From: Piromyces finnis finn
Lineage: Eukaryota; Fungi; Neocallimastigomycota
Direction: 5' to 3'
Assembly (NCBI GenBank): GCA_002104945.1
Contig: MCFH01000003.1
Coordinates: 1,240,001 to 1,304,000, forward strand
Length of the DNA: 64,000 bases
How positions within the stretch are numbered: position 1 is the stretch's first letter; every line of letters starts with the position of its first letter. A program made the translations under genes and the position numbers. Positions 26,301 through 44,281 of this stretch are shown here, piece after piece. The notes under the pieces were generated by a model. The model was not told the origin of the DNA and did not search any database. It saw only the letters and a list, made by a program, of their open reading frames with translations.

Positions 26301-29300
26301 GATACCAATTTTAATCAAGAATGTGTGGATTTCTACCAAGATACTGGTGAAGACAAAGAATTAACCGAAAAATCTGAATCTTATTACAATACTTCTATTG
26401 AAGATACTTCCTATACTCTCTCAAGTTCCGCAAGAGAACGTTTTAACGCTAAAAAACCACCTTATCCATTAAATCCAAATTCCAAATTTTACAAACCACC
26501 AAATCCAAGGCATCATCAAAAAAAATCTAAAAAGAAACAAAAGAAGCATTCAAAAAATTTCAATAGAAATAAAGATCTTGAAGAAGGTTATGATGATGAC
26601 ATTCGAAGGAAACATTCTCTTGTTAAGCCAGAACGTTCAAGACGTATTAATAAATTTTTGAATTACGCTAGAGACAATTCAAATTATGTTATTGTTGAAA
26701 ATAATTTAACCACTGGAGATGCTAATACCTATCAAGATGAAGATGTAGAACGCCAAAAATTACAAGAATTAAAACGTCAAAGTAATTTCTTTGCAAAGAA
26801 AAATGCTATTGATCCTGAGTATGGTAAAGGGTATGATGAAGCATCTCTATCCTCAAATTCTACTAAAAATAAATCCTTCAAAAATAAATGGTGGGCTACA
26901 TTAGCTAAAACTTGTACTTGCTGTGTTCCTAAAGCTTGCTTAGTACGTTGTCATAAAACAGATCCTGATGTTCAACAAGCATGGAGAGAAAAGGTTACTC
27001 TCTGTATAATTATTTTCTGTATTTGTCTCATATCAGGATTTTTCACTTTTGGTATTAATATGATTGTATGCAATAGTAGTGAAGATAAAATTTATTACGC
27101 TGATTCTTCCTATTCTATTCACGGTATTTCCTATGATATTTATATTAGTAAATACGACTCCAGTAGTAGACTTCATAGTGTTATTGGTATGTCTAACGGT
27201 CACGATTTAGGTCAATACTTTTTAAATGCTGACCCAAAAAATGAATGTAACCAAATTATGAATGGTTTGTACGGTCAATATACATGTTCTTCGGAAGTTA
27301 TTGGGGAATGGCTTCAAGAAGCTCATAAACTTGACAAAACTTGTTATACCATGGATAATATTCTTTCTGATCCAAATATTAACACAAAAAAAATTGGAAA
27401 TATTTATTATAATTGGAAGGATTTGGAGGAGCTTAAGGATCAAAGAAAACTTGTAGTTTATAACGGAAATGTTTTAGATATCACTGATTTCTTAGCAAAA
27501 AACCATACCTTAATTGGAAATGATCTTGAAACCATTTTAAGAAATCATAATGCTATGGACATCACCTATACAATGACAAAAAATTCTCAAAATAGAAAAG
27601 TTATTAAATGTATGAATGAAATTTATAAAGTTGGGACAATAGGTAAAACTACATCAGGATGCATTATTGGAAACATTATTTTAGCTTTAACTTTAATTTT
27701 TGTTACTGGGGTAATGTTTATTAAATTCTGTATGGCGGTTATCTTCAGTTGGTTATTAAAATGGCCATTAGGTGATCGTTATGGTATTATTAGAAAAATT
27801 GGTGAAAAGGAACGTCGTTACGCCTCTCTACCTCCTCATAATAATGGTAATATAGATTCCATAAAAATGCCTATATCTTTATGGAGTGACGTTAAAACGA
27901 AAGAAAGTAGAAATAATGTTCGTGACAGTATTACCACACTTATTAATAAAAGTAATAGTAATAGTAATACAATCCTTCAAAATAGCGCTGGAATAAATAA
28001 TGATACCGGCGGGTTTGATATTAATCATAATAATAATTATACACTATCTTCGGCTACTCCAACAATGGAAAAAATGACATCCAGTCTTACACCTTCCAAT
28101 AGTACAACGAATTATAAATCTCAAAATCGCAAAAGTATGACTAGTCGTTTTTCAATACCAATGCCAGGGGAAGGATCTAGATTAAAATCTAGTCAAAGTA
28201 TTAGTAATATTGTGATGCCAAAATATCCAAATCCATTTAGGGCAGAATCTATTTCCAATAATAATTCCTTTACTGATTTAACCGCTATAAAAAGAAATAG
28301 TATTAACTGGGAGCCAACACATTCTAGCTCACCAAGTTTTAATAGTGTTTTAAATAAAAAGAATACTGCTTGTAATACACCCCCACCTCTTGGTAATATT
28401 TTTAATCACCAAATAAGCAGTTCACCATCCCTTCTGGCAAATTCCAATAATTCAATGCTTAATGATACCGTTAAAACTTTGCCTGAACCAACTTTACCAG
28501 ACATGGGTATTCTAGATGATGAACTTCCACCTTCCTCCTCACCATCAACCTTTACTAATAAAAGATTAAGTATGCCACCAAATATGAGTCTTTCCATTAA
28601 TAGATTTTCAACCTTGAAATCAACCTCTGGTAATGATCAGTATAAGCCTATTAATGGTAATTCCGAAGAATCTTCAGGGGGTCCATTGACACCTAATTCT
28701 ACTATTAAAGATCTTCTTCATACCATTCTTTTAGTTACCTGTTATTCCGAAGGTCATGATGGAATTGCAAATACATTAGATTCTCTTGCTAATACCGATT
28801 ATCACGATTCCCATAAATTAATTATTGTTATTTGTGACGGTTTAGTAAAAGGAGAAGGAAATGATGGATTAACCTCTGATATTGTAATTAATATGATTGA
28901 TCCTGGAGATGGCAGTAATTATCATGATAATGACCAGGAAGCTAAAAGTTACGTTGCTATTGCTGAAGGAGAAAAGCGTCATAATATGGCAAAGATTTAT
29001 GCCGGTTGGTATAGATATGCCTTGAAAGATACTGGTAGACGTGTTCCAATGATTGGTATTATTAAATGTGGTACAGAACAAGAACGTTATGGTAGTAACA
29101 AATCTCCAAAACCTGGAAATCGTGGTAAACGAGATTCACAAGTTCTTTTATTAGGATTTTTAAGTCGTGCATTATTTAATGAACGTATGACCGAATTTGA
29201 TTTTGATCTTTTCACCAAAATTTATAAATTAACCGGAGTTCATGCTGATGGCTATGAAAGTATCATGATGGTTGATGCAGATACCATTGTTGACAAGGAT

Positions 29301-30305
29301 TCCTTAGCTCATTTAACAGCATGTCTTATTCAGGATCCAAAAATTATGGGTCTATGTGGTGAAACAAAGATTTGTAATAAAACCCAAAGTTGGGTAACAA
29401 TGATTCAAGTATTTGAATACTACATTTCTCATCATATGTCGAAAGCTTTTGAATCCGTATTTGGAGGTGTGACATGTCTACCTGGTTGTTTCTGTATGTA
29501 TCGTATTAAATCAAGAAAAGGAGATCATGGTTATTGGGTTCCAATTTTAGCCAATCCAGAAATTGTTGAACAATACTCTGAAAATGTTGTAGACACCCTC
29601 CATAAAAAGAATTTATTATTACTAGGAGAGGATCGTTATCTTTCCACTCTTATGCTTAGAGAGTTTCCAAAGAGAAAAATGGTTTTTGTTCCACAAGCCA
29701 CCTGCCATACCATTGTTCCTAGTGAATTTAAAGTTCTTTTATCTCAACGTAGACGTTGGATTAATAGTACCATACATAATCTTTTAGAATTAGTTTTAGT
29801 AAATGATTTATGTGGTACTTTTTGTATTTCAATGCAATTTGTTGTTTTCATGGAATTAATTGGAACAATGGTTCTTCCAGCTGCTGTATTATTTACATAT
29901 TATTTAATAATTAATGCCATATTTTCTAGTCAAAAACATATTTTCACCCTATGTCTTATGGCTGTTATTATGGGATTACCAGCCATTTTAATTGGACTCA
30001 CCTCACGTAAAATTAAATATATTCTATGGATGCTTGTATATTTGTTAGCTCTCCCTGTTTGGAATTTTATTCTTCCAGTATACTCATTCTGGCATTTTGA
30101 TGATTTCAGTTGGGGTCAAACTCGTGTTGTTGAAGGAGAGAAGAAAACAGATAAAAGTGGACATACATCTGATGGTAAATTTGATAGTACAGGCATCATT
30201 ATGAAAAAATGGGAAGAGTGGGAAAAACTTAGAAGAGTTGGAATTCTAATGACTGAAAGTAAAGAAGGTGATTTAGGTGAACATAGCAAGTATAATAATA
30301 AATAA
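23400..30305 (+). CDS. CHS3: Chitin synthase, class IV (Chs3-like, division 2), with a very long low-complexity N-terminal extension
   Basis: Three exons (about 23400-24046, 24187-25941, 26095-30305) joined by phase-1 introns. Motifs SLVKPERSR, AWREKV, cytochrome-b5-like LVVYNGNVLDIT, TCYSEG, GNRGKRDSQ, VDADT, LLLLGEDRYL, SQRRRW, WHFDDFSWGQTR. No myosin motor domain. Confidence 0.93.
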
Positions 30306-31207
30306 AAAGTAACAATATAATTCCTATGATTAATAACAAAAAAATAGTCGTATTAATTCATTAATTTATAGAAAAAGACTATTGAAAATATAAAATAAAA
30401 AAAAAGTAATAATAACAATAACAATAATAAATTTATTATAAATAAATGTATTATAATTTTCTTTTTGAATTTTAAACTAAAAATTTAAATTAGATATATA
30501 AAACGTAACTAAATATATACTTATTATTTCTAATATATAGTGATTATCATTAAAACATCGACATTATTATATTATATCTATTATTTATATCTATTATATA
30601 ATGTAACTAAAATATCTAAAAAAAAAAAAATAATAATAATAATTTTTTTTTTTAACAATATTATTATTTCCATTTTTTATGTATTTATTTATATTATTAA
30701 TGTATTTATTTAATTCTATTATAAATATCTTTTCATTTTAGTTAGTTACAATAATATGGATAGAATAAAAATAAAATAAAATAAACCATTTCAAATTAAT
30801 GTAAAGAAAAAAAAAAAAAAATACCTTAAGATTGTACATAAAAAGTTGTATATAAAGTGTATATAATAATTAAAAAGATAAAGAGAAAAAAAAACGACGA
30901 AATAACAAAATTCTAAATTTATCAAATAATAGTACACATAAATTATATTTACTAAATAGTTTAAAATCAAATTATTTTTTATTATAATTATTATTTCTTT
31001 TTTTATTTTATTTATTTTTACTTTATTGTTTCAACTGTCATTTCTATGTACAAATGATAATAAAATCTAATAGTTTTTTTTTTTTTTTTTTTAATATTAA
31101 AATGATATTACTAAAAAAGATAAAATAATAACAAAAAGTATTAAAAATAAATAATTTTATTTCATTCTTATATTATAATTTTATCAAGCATGATGATGAC
31201 GATTACT

Positions 31208-34198
<2,991 letters not shown>

Positions 34199-35869
34199 TA
34201 TTCTATTTTATAAATATTTATCTTTTTCTCTTTTTTTTTTTTCTTTTTCTCTATATATTAATAAATATAACAATATTAAATATTAGTAAAACATATGTAT
34301 ATATGTATATATATATATCCAAAATATTGAGATATAAAATATTTAAAGAAAAAAAAAATTTTTTTTTTCTTATTCAAATTCATCTACTTCACTATTAATA
34401 CAAAAAAATGATACTATTGTTTATATGAAGTTTAATTAGTTTCTATCAGGTACTAAAATAATAATAATAATCATGATTATAAATGGTATTACATTTTAAA
34501 GCAAAAATGAAAAGTCCAATAATATTATCATTATTAATAATAAAAAAAGAATGAATAATATCTCATTTATATAGGTATTATTTTATTCATTACTTACATT
34601 ATAAAAGGAATTAAAATAAATTTGAATTTTTAAAAGAATAAATTGGTATAAATAATTAAATATTATAATAAACAGATAGTCAACTACTAAAAAAAGAAAA
34701 AGAAAAGAAAAGAAAAGAAAAGGAAAGGAAAAAGAAAAAAGAAAAAATAAATTACTTTTTTTTTTAAAAAATAAAATAAAAAACAATTTTTGATTTATTG
34801 ATTTTTTAATTTATTTATATTTATTTATTTATTTATTCACTTTTTTAGTTATAAAATAATGGTTATTTATTTAATTAGTTATATATTTATTCATTTAATT
34901 AATCAATAAGATTTATTTATTTTTAAATCTAAAAAATTTATTTTTTTATATATTAAATTTAGTATATAAATAATATATTAAAATATACAGATAATATGTG
35001 TAAAAAAAAAATTAAATCCACCGAACAACAACACTTTAAAAAAAAAACCATTCAATACTTTAAGAGAAACTATTCTTAAATATTGTCATTACTACTACTT
35101 TTTTTTTTTTTTTACTTTTTATAAATTCATATCTTAGTGTCGATAGAAGAAAAAAAAATAAAAGTAAAATAAAGATACTTTGTATTATTTGATATATTTA
35201 TAAAACTAAGATCATAGTATGATTCATTAAACATTTATAGGATACTTTAAAGTATCGTTATTTATAATACGATCATAAAACAATTTCTTTTTTTTTTTAC
35301 CATAATTTTATAATAAAAAAAAAAAAAAGAATTCTTATTTTTTAAATTATATTAATTAAATGTTTATTTATTAAAAAAAGTTTTTAACAAAAAAAATAAT
35401 TGAAATAAAAGAAAAAAGTATATATAATTTTTTCTTTCTTCTAACTTTTCTTGTATGTTATAATTATTTGTAACTGTAAAATAAAATTTAAAAAAAAAAA
35501 ATGGAAATAAAAAAAAAACATTAAAATTATCAAATAAAATAAAAAAAAAATAAACAGTTTATGTTTTTTTTTTTTTGTGGTTGTGGTTATGGCTATGGTT
35601 GTTGTTGTTGTTGTAAACTTTTTTGTTTGTTTGTTTTTGTATTAACCCTATTTTTTTTAATACTTTATACTTTTTTATTAATTTTAATATTTTCTTTTAT
35701 TTTTTTTTTTTTTTCAATTTTATTTTTATAAAAGTTTAGGTGTAGGTAAATGTTTTTTTTTTTTTTTTTTTTTGTGATACATTTTTTCCTATCCTTCTCT
35801 TTTGTCTTTTTTTATCTTTTTTTTCTTTTAAAAAAAAGAAAAAAAATAAATTTAGATAAATAAAATTCA

Positions 35870-38212
35870 CTATACATTATTATTGGTTATTTGTGAATTA
35901 TCAATATTATTTATCGAAGAACTTGATGATGATAAAGTGGCATTTATTGAGTTTTGTTGTACTGAATCAGATGACATGGAAGCCATATTTAATAAATTAT
36001 TGGTATGATTAAGATATGATGCGCTTCCATTTAAAGATGAAGGACTACTAGAAGTATTGCCATTTAATAGATTTAAGATAACACTTGAAGATAAGGAATT
36101 CATATGCGTTGATGGTGTATTTGGGCTTGAAAGACCATAAAGGAAACCAAGGAATTTAGTATCATCAATGGTATCTTCAAAAAAGGTTTGTCGCATCTTA
36201 AAGAAAGTTTTACTTGTTAATAAACTATCACTTCCTGCTTGATGTTGTGGACCTACACGTTCTACCTATAAATATTCAAAAAAGATAAATATAAAAAAAA
36301 GTTAGCAACTTTTTCTTCTTCTTATATATATATATACTATAGGTATATAATTATTAATTCAGGTATTCCAACAGTTTAAAAATACTTTTCAAAAGCATTA
36401 ATTTTTTTAAAAAAAAAAAAAAGTATTCTATATTTTTATTATATTTTACTAAAAAATAAACTTATAATTACTTTCAAGAAATCAGCTACATCTTGTAAAC
36501 CTCCTTTCAAGTTTTTACAACTTTTCATTAAATATTTTATATCATATATACATGGGAAATATATTTTTAATAATTCAAAAAAGCTACGTTCTTCTGCTGG
36601 AAGAGCTTGACATGTAAGTATTTTTAAAAGATAACAAAAATCGTATCCACTTTATATAGAAAATATAAGGTTAATTATGATTATTATATATTTTATAGAT
36701 TAAATAATTATCAAAGCAAAATTTTAATATTAAAAATTTTCTTATCCATATAATTTTTAAAAAATCTTATTTTCATTTTGAAATGGATATGTAATATTAA
36801 AAAAAAAAAAATGGGAAAGAAAATACAAACCTATGAAAAGATATCCATTTAACATCATCAAGTAATACAAAGCCAGAACTTATTAATAATTCTCCAAAAT
36901 ATTCAACATCTATTCCATATTTATCATTTTTTTCAAAATCTATTCCTGAGTTAGTAAGTAAATCTATTGAATCTTGTGCATACATGTCATTTCTATGTTT
37001 TAAATAATAAAAAAAAAAAAAATAGCGAAAATGAGTTTAATGTTAAGGTACTAGAGTATTATTTAATTATTTTTCTTTCATAGTTTTTTTTAAAAATATA
37101 TTAATGACTTTAGATTTTTAATATCAAGAATTAAACTAATAGCATTTAATATTGCATATTTTTTTTATCTAATTTATATATTTTTTTTCTCTATTTTGTT
37201 ATGAAATAGCTTCATCAATTGAATTTAAGTATTTCTTTTCTGCTTATTTACTTAATTGATTGATTATAACTATGTTTCTATTTTATGTCTGTTTTTAAAA
37301 AATAAGAAATGTTTGTATAGATACGAACTGTAAATTGAATTTGAAATGAAATTGCCAAGTACAAACATTATCTGGTAAATTTCCATTTTCATCTGCAAAT
37401 GTTATACCCAATTGAATAATCTTTAAGAGATCTACATTACATCTAAGAGTTTGATAGTGATAATCTGTAGTAGATTTAAAGTTACCCACTGGTCTCGCTA
37501 CAACCCCAGGAAATTCTGTATCCTTTATATTATAAATAAACAACGTGTACAATTTATTAATGCCTGTTCTTAATTCTGTTAATTATTATTATTATTATTT
37601 ATTCATTTATCTATTTATTTTATTTATTTTATTTTATTTTATTTATTTATGATTATGACTCTTTATTAAAACTGTGCATTTAATGTTGTAATTTGTAGTT
37701 TCTCCAAAACATTTGTTTTTTTTTAAATGATTATATTTTTGTCTATTAATATAACATTATTAAAATAATTACATAATAATATCATATGTTTATGACGTCT
37801 CTTCCTTTCGAACAAACATTTCTTTTTATTATTATTATTAAATGATACTTTTAAATCAGTCCATTATCCTTTATAAAGTAAAGATCAGATACTTTTTTTT
37901 ATCACAATTTATTTACCTTATAAAATAAATTGTTGATATTTATTTAAAATACTCTTCTTTTAAAAATTGTAACGAAAATTATTTCTTTTTTTTCTTATTT
38001 ATTTATCTATTTAAAAAGAATTATCTATCTTTTTTTTTTTGTTGTTGTTATTGCTTTGACCAAGATATTAAAATTATATAAATAAATAAAAAAAAATAAA
38101 AACTAACCATAGATATATATGGATATCTTTCTACCAATTCTCTTAGAATCTTCATTTCTGATTCCAAATTATATGACCATACATCTTGAATCCAACTATT
38201 GTCGTCAGACAT
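35870..38212 (-). CDS. POP2: CCR4-NOT deadenylase subunit Caf1/Pop2 (CNOT7/8, DEDD nuclease)
   Basis: ATG at 38212: [10 protein letters not shown]...[21 protein letters not shown]...[17 protein letters not shown]...WISFHSGYDF...GGLQDVAD...[14 protein letters not shown]...LYGL, then a Ser/Asn-rich tail. Confidence 0.97.
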
Positions 38213-40017
38213 TATTATTTATTTATGCTATTTTAATTATTTAATATTGTAATTATTTAAAAAGGGTTTTTTAATGCCTTGAACTTTATATCTTTAAAAA
38301 AAAATTAAAAAAAAAACAAAACAATAAAACTATTTCTAAAAACTAATATATCTATAAATAGTCAATTATTTATATATTTAATGAAAAAAAATATAAAATC
38401 GTTGATAGGAAACAAAAGAGTTTCTACAATTTATCTATCTTTTTAATAACTATTTTACTTTTTTTAAAAAATTTAAAAAATAATATATTAAAATAGCATA
38501 TATATTGGATATATATTATAGTTTATAATTTTATAATTTTATTTTTTTAATAATAATAATAAAAATAAAATTTCCAATTGACTATTATATTAATAGTATT
38601 AAAATTTTGATTTAGTTTATATTATTACCAATTTTTTAAAAAATATATATATTGTTTTTTTGTAAATTTTTTTATTTTAAAAAAAAATACTGTAGATATA
38701 TTGTTAATGTTTTTTAAAGTGTAGATGAACTTTTCCTTTATTTAGTTTTTAATTTTTATTTATTACTTTTATATTGTTAATATACTTTTTATAAAGGAAA
38801 GTCCTGTGTGTGTATGCTTTTTTTTTTTTTTGTATGTGAATATAAGTATATTTTTGTTGAAAAAGGTAACAATATAATTGTTTTGTTTTGTTTTAATTTT
38901 TTTTTTTTTTATTTTTATTTTTATATTTGATAATTGATGTTATTTAATAAAAAAAAATAATGATAATATTTTGATTGTTATATTATTTTTTTTATTTAGA
39001 AAATTTTGTTTCACATCAAATAATCTTCAAATATTATTATTATTATTTATTATTATTATTATTATTATTATTTATTGTTTTTAAAAGTTGAATAGATGTT
39101 TTAATTTATCTTATTTTCTAGTTTTTTGTTTTTATTTTTTATGTTTTTCTTTAAATGACTAATTTTTATTATTACTTTTAGTATTATATTCTTTTTATTA
39201 TTATTTATTATTTGTTTATTTATTTAATTTCCACACTACGATTTGATTTCAAATAAAATAAAAAAAAAAGCTTTTCCTTTATATAATAACAAAAAAAAAA
39301 AAAAACAAATAATAATTGAATTTTATAATTTTTTTAACAAAGAAAATTAAGATATAAAAATTCCTGTTATACTTGAATTATTATTTATTATTTATTATTG
39401 TTGTTGTTGTAATTGTTGTTGTTGTTGTTGTTCTTATTTTTTTTTTTTTTTTTATTTTTTCTTATTATTATTATTATTCTAATTTATTATCAATTATATT
39501 AATAATACTTCTAAATGATAATAATAAATGTATATAAAGAATTACTTTGTATTAACCCTTTTTTATATATAATATTTTTATTTTTATTTTTTTCTTAAAA
39601 TTTAATAAAATTATAAAAAAAAAAATAAAAAAAAAAAGATTAAAACTTTTCACTTTTTTTTTATGTATAATAAAGTAATCTTTTTTTTTTTTATTTTTTT
39701 TATAAATAATATAATTTAGTTGTTAAAAAAAAAAATTTTTTTTTTGTTTTTTTTTTTTTTTGTTATTATTTTATTATTTATTTATTTATTTATTTATTAT
39801 TTACTCTTTCTTAATGTTTTATTTTTTGTATTACATTACATTATTAATACAAAACGTAAAAAGAATGTTAAATGTATGATACATAAATAAAAAAAATAAA
39901 TTGGCTACATCTTGCCTACATTTCCAATTATTATTGTATACATAATGTAATAACAAAAAAGTATTCTAAAAGTATGGAAAGTATTATGATGTTTTTAGGT
40001 ATTATAGTATTATCATT

Positions 40018-40051
40018 GTAGTGGTAATGGTTTTAAAACCACTGTCACTAC
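40018..40051. other. 34-bp imperfect palindrome
   Basis: gtagtggtaatggtttt|aaaaccactgtcactac: 14 of 17 positions Watson-Crick, 2 G-T, 1 mismatch. Confidence 0.7.
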
Positions 40052-40897
40052 GCCTTCTTTTTCTTAATAAATTATACTATATAAATAATAAATGAGGAAA
40101 TGTTAAATTAAATTAAGAATTGAACAATAAGGTGTGATATTATTAATACCATTACATAATAACTATTACTATAGAATGAATTTCCTATATGTCAAAACCA
40201 AATAAATCGATATATATAGTTATATTAAAAACATATTTAAAAAAAATATTAAAAATAATAATATTATATATATTTTTTATTAATAATAGATAATATTTTT
40301 ATTTAAAGTAAAATATATACATATACTCTATACTTTTCTATTGTACAAAATAATATAAACTTTTTTTTATTAAGATTATATGAAAATGATGGTAAATAAC
40401 TATTCTATATTGAAAAAAAAAAGCGGTATTTTAGATGAAAAGACAAGAATATTTTTTTTCTTTCTTTAATTTTTAGTATTATTTATTAAATAATTATACT
40501 ATATAGAGTATATAAAAAAAGATAATATTACTTTTTATTATTTTTTGATTAAATAAATAGTCATAACTTGAAAAATAAAGGTTTCCCCTCTAAAATATAT
40601 ATTTCTGTAAAATGTAAAATAATTAACAGATAAAAATAAAATTATATTATTAACAAAATAAATGCGATTAATTTTAAATAAAAATAACATTTACAATGGT
40701 ATAGAACAATTAAATAAATTATTAAAATAAAAAAAATAAAAAAGGATAATCTTGGATATTATTTATGATTTATGTGTATTTAATATCTTTATTCTTTTAT
40801 TCTTTTATTTAAAAAAAAAGAATATATATATATATATTTATAATTTATTCACTTTCTTTTTCGTTGTTGTTGGTGGTGGTGTTATTTTATTAATTGA

Positions 40898-41654
40898 TTA
40901 ATAAAAAAGTTTTATAAATATATCTGGGAGTGCAAAAAGTAAAACTATCAAAGATATCAACATGATAACAGGACATGATAATATTTTAATATTTTCATTA
41001 TTTTTTAAAAATAGTTTTTTCTCTTTTATTTGTTGTGCTTTTTCTTCTATTGTAATGATATTTGTAGCCATTTTATAACGTAGTTCTAGTAGGGTTGTAA
41101 GTGACTTTATGTATTCTTCTTTTGCATTTAAAATTTTTTTCAAAATAACATCACATTTTTGTTTATTGGTCTTTTTTTTCCAGTTTAATTACCAAAGTTG
41201 AAAAAAAAAAATGCATTCAAATATTCATATTCATATTTTATAAAAGTGAAAAAGTATTGAATTTTTTATTAAATTGAAAGACAAAGTTAAAGCAACGAGA
41301 ATAATAATAAATATTAAATTATATATATAGATATTAAAAAAAAAAAGAAAGAAATATAATTAGTAACATAGTAATTATTACTTTTTTTTTTTTTTTTTTT
41401 AGAACTATATTATATATTATTATATAATTGTGTATTAAGCAAGTATTAAATTTATATTTTATATAAAAATAAATACTTACAATATAGATATATTGAAATT
41501 TATTTAACATATAATTACTAATTTCCTCATTGTTATATTTTTCTGATTCTTTTGTGACTTCCTGAAGAGCCGTTAAGACATCATAACGTTGTATTGGGGA
41601 TAAAGTTGATAATATATATTCAGTGACATTCTTATTTTGTTCAGTTTCACTCAT
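40898..41654 (-). CDS. Small hypothetical protein (about 150 aa) with a C-terminal transmembrane segment
   Basis: Exon 1 MSETEQNKNVTEYILSTLSPIQRYDVLTALQEVTK... (donor gtaagt at 41480) joins exon 2 TNKQKCDVILKKILNAKEEY...SCPVIMLISLIVLLFALPDIFIKLFY* (acceptor at 41171). The splice model is tentative. Confidence 0.5.
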
Positions 41655-43114
41655 TTTTGAAATAAAAAGAAAAAAAGTGAAAATCAATTATATTGAAATT
41701 CTAATAAGATTTAATTTTTCTAAAATTATTATTTTTTATTATATATAGTTATCTATTTTATTTGTTTGTTTGTTCTTTTTAAAAGCTCTTTTTCCTTCTT
41801 TCTTTAAATGTTTTCTTTTTTTTTTTTTTACAAATGGGAAATATTAAAAATTAAAAAAGTTTGAAATTTTAATATTAAATTAATTTTTTTTTTTTAATAT
41901 AAAATAAAATTTTTAATAATAAAATTAATCTTTTAAAAAATATATATATAATTTGATTTTATATATAACATTATAATATTAAAAAGAAGAGAAAAAGATG
42001 TAGATGAGGTATAAAGTTTTTATAAGCATTCTTAATATTAAATGAAAAATATAGTAACAATTAAAATATTATCACTGTTTTAATTGTTACTAGAGCTACG
42101 TTATAAAAAAAGGTGATTCATAAAAAGTTGTTTTTTTTTAGTAGAATCAAATATATGAAATAAAAAAAAGTATCTAATTATATTGACTAAAAAAATCATC
42201 TTTTTGCCTTGATATTACATTAATATCTTCTTTATTTAAAAGTGTTATAGAAACTTATTTTTATTACAACTCTGAAATGAAATATAAATAGAATACCTTA
42301 CCTATCATTATATCACTAAAATAGTACATATATATATATTTTTGATTAATGAAATGATATGAATTTATACAATTTTCATAATTGAAATAACCACATAAGT
42401 TCTTTTTAATATTTAAAAAAGAACATTATTTATTTAAATAAAAAATACACTTTTTTTTTTTAAAAGGAAGAAAAAGCACCTTTTATTTATAAGACTTTTT
42501 TAATTTATTTAACTTATTATTGATATGTTAACTTTTTATTTGATAGTAAAATAAAATCTAACCCTTAAGTTTCATTTTTTATTAAATTAGCAATCCATAA
42601 ATAAATTAAAATTAATATGTTATAATATATTAAAGTATATTGATAATATATGAAATATTCAATTATGGAATTTCCTTTATCCGAAAAAAAAAACTAAAAA
42701 AAAAAAAGTTATATTCTTTTTTAAAGAAAGAAATCCGTCAATTTATAAAGTTTATTTTTTTGAAGAGACGCCTTTTTATACAAACATAATTAACTTAATA
42801 GTAAAAAAATTATAGTTGAAATTAAAAAGAATACTATTAACTATTAAATATACCTCAAATAATATATAAATATATCATTTTAAAAGCAGGTATTATATAA
42901 AAATAAGAATAAATTTAAACAGTTTAAAACTAATTTATACATATATAAATGATAAATGTTTAAAATACTAATGATAATGATAATAATCAATATATTATTC
43001 TATTTTCTAAAATATTATTTTATTTATAATAAATAATTATATTATATAAAATATTAAATATTCCTTTTTTTTTTCTATTCTATTCTAAAGTAACCCAATT
43101 AAAAGAAAAAAAAA

Positions 43115-43368
43115 ATGTCATTCTTATCTAACATTTCTAATCTTTCACTTTGTGCCAATACTGGTTTAAATCGTGCTATGATAAATTGTGTCTCAAAATC
43201 ATGTTCTATACCAACACACCAACTTTCTTTAAAATCTTTATACCATTTAAATACTTCTCCATTAACCATTCAAAATTCAATTTCCTCACAAAAAATAAAT
43301 TTCAATTTCAACAAAACTTATGTTACTAAACAGTAAATAATTATTTTTCTTTTTAAAATTTATAAAGG

Positions 43369-43416
<48 letters not shown>

Positions 43417-43719
43417 TAATTGCTTAACACAATAGAAATTTTTAAAGAAAAAAAAAAGTTTACAATTTTAAAAATTTAAATGAAAAAAAAAAAAGTTTAT
43501 TAAATGATATATATATATAACATATATATTCATAGATGTTGTATTATTTCACCTATATCTGTCAATGAATTTCATGAAATAGCTGATGAATTTTTCGATA
43601 ATCTCACTGAATGCATTGAAATTCTTTTAGAAAACTCTAATATTGAAAACTATGATACCGAATTATCTGTATGTATAAAAAAAAATATTTTATTATACAT
43701 ATATAGAATATAGAATAAA

Positions 43720-43753
<34 letters not shown>

Positions 43754-44054
43754 TAACCAATAACACTATTGGTATTATTTGTTTATATGTTTTATATATA
43801 TAGAGTGGTGTTTTAACAATCAAACTTGGTAGTGCTGGTACTTATGTAATTAATAAGCAAACACCAAATAAACAAATCTGGTACTCTTCACCTATTAGGT
43901 AAAAATAATAATGACAAGGACAGGAATAAAAATAGAGTTATTTTTTTTTTTCATTTCATTTTATAATATATACATATATAAATCAATTCAATTTATATTA
44001 ACTATTATTCTATTATCAATTAAATTTATTATAAATATTTACTAAATAACTATT

Positions 44055-44092
<38 letters not shown>

Positions 44093-44281
44093 TATTGAAA
44101 TGAATTATTTGATGATAAAAGTGGTCCAATGAAATTCTTCTACGATCCAAAAGTTAAAAGATGGGTATGTACAACTGAATGTGATTCTAAAGATGACAGT
44201 CGTTTCCTTGAAGTCAAATTAAGTAAAGAATTAACTCAAATTTTTAAAAAGGAAGTTGTTATTGAAAAAATGAATGAATAA
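43115..44281 (+). CDS. YFH1: Frataxin (Yfh1/CyaY family) with a long N-terminal organellar targeting-like presequence
   Basis: Four exons give [13 protein letters not shown]...[39 protein letters not shown]...RW. Stop at 44279-44281. Confidence 0.93.
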
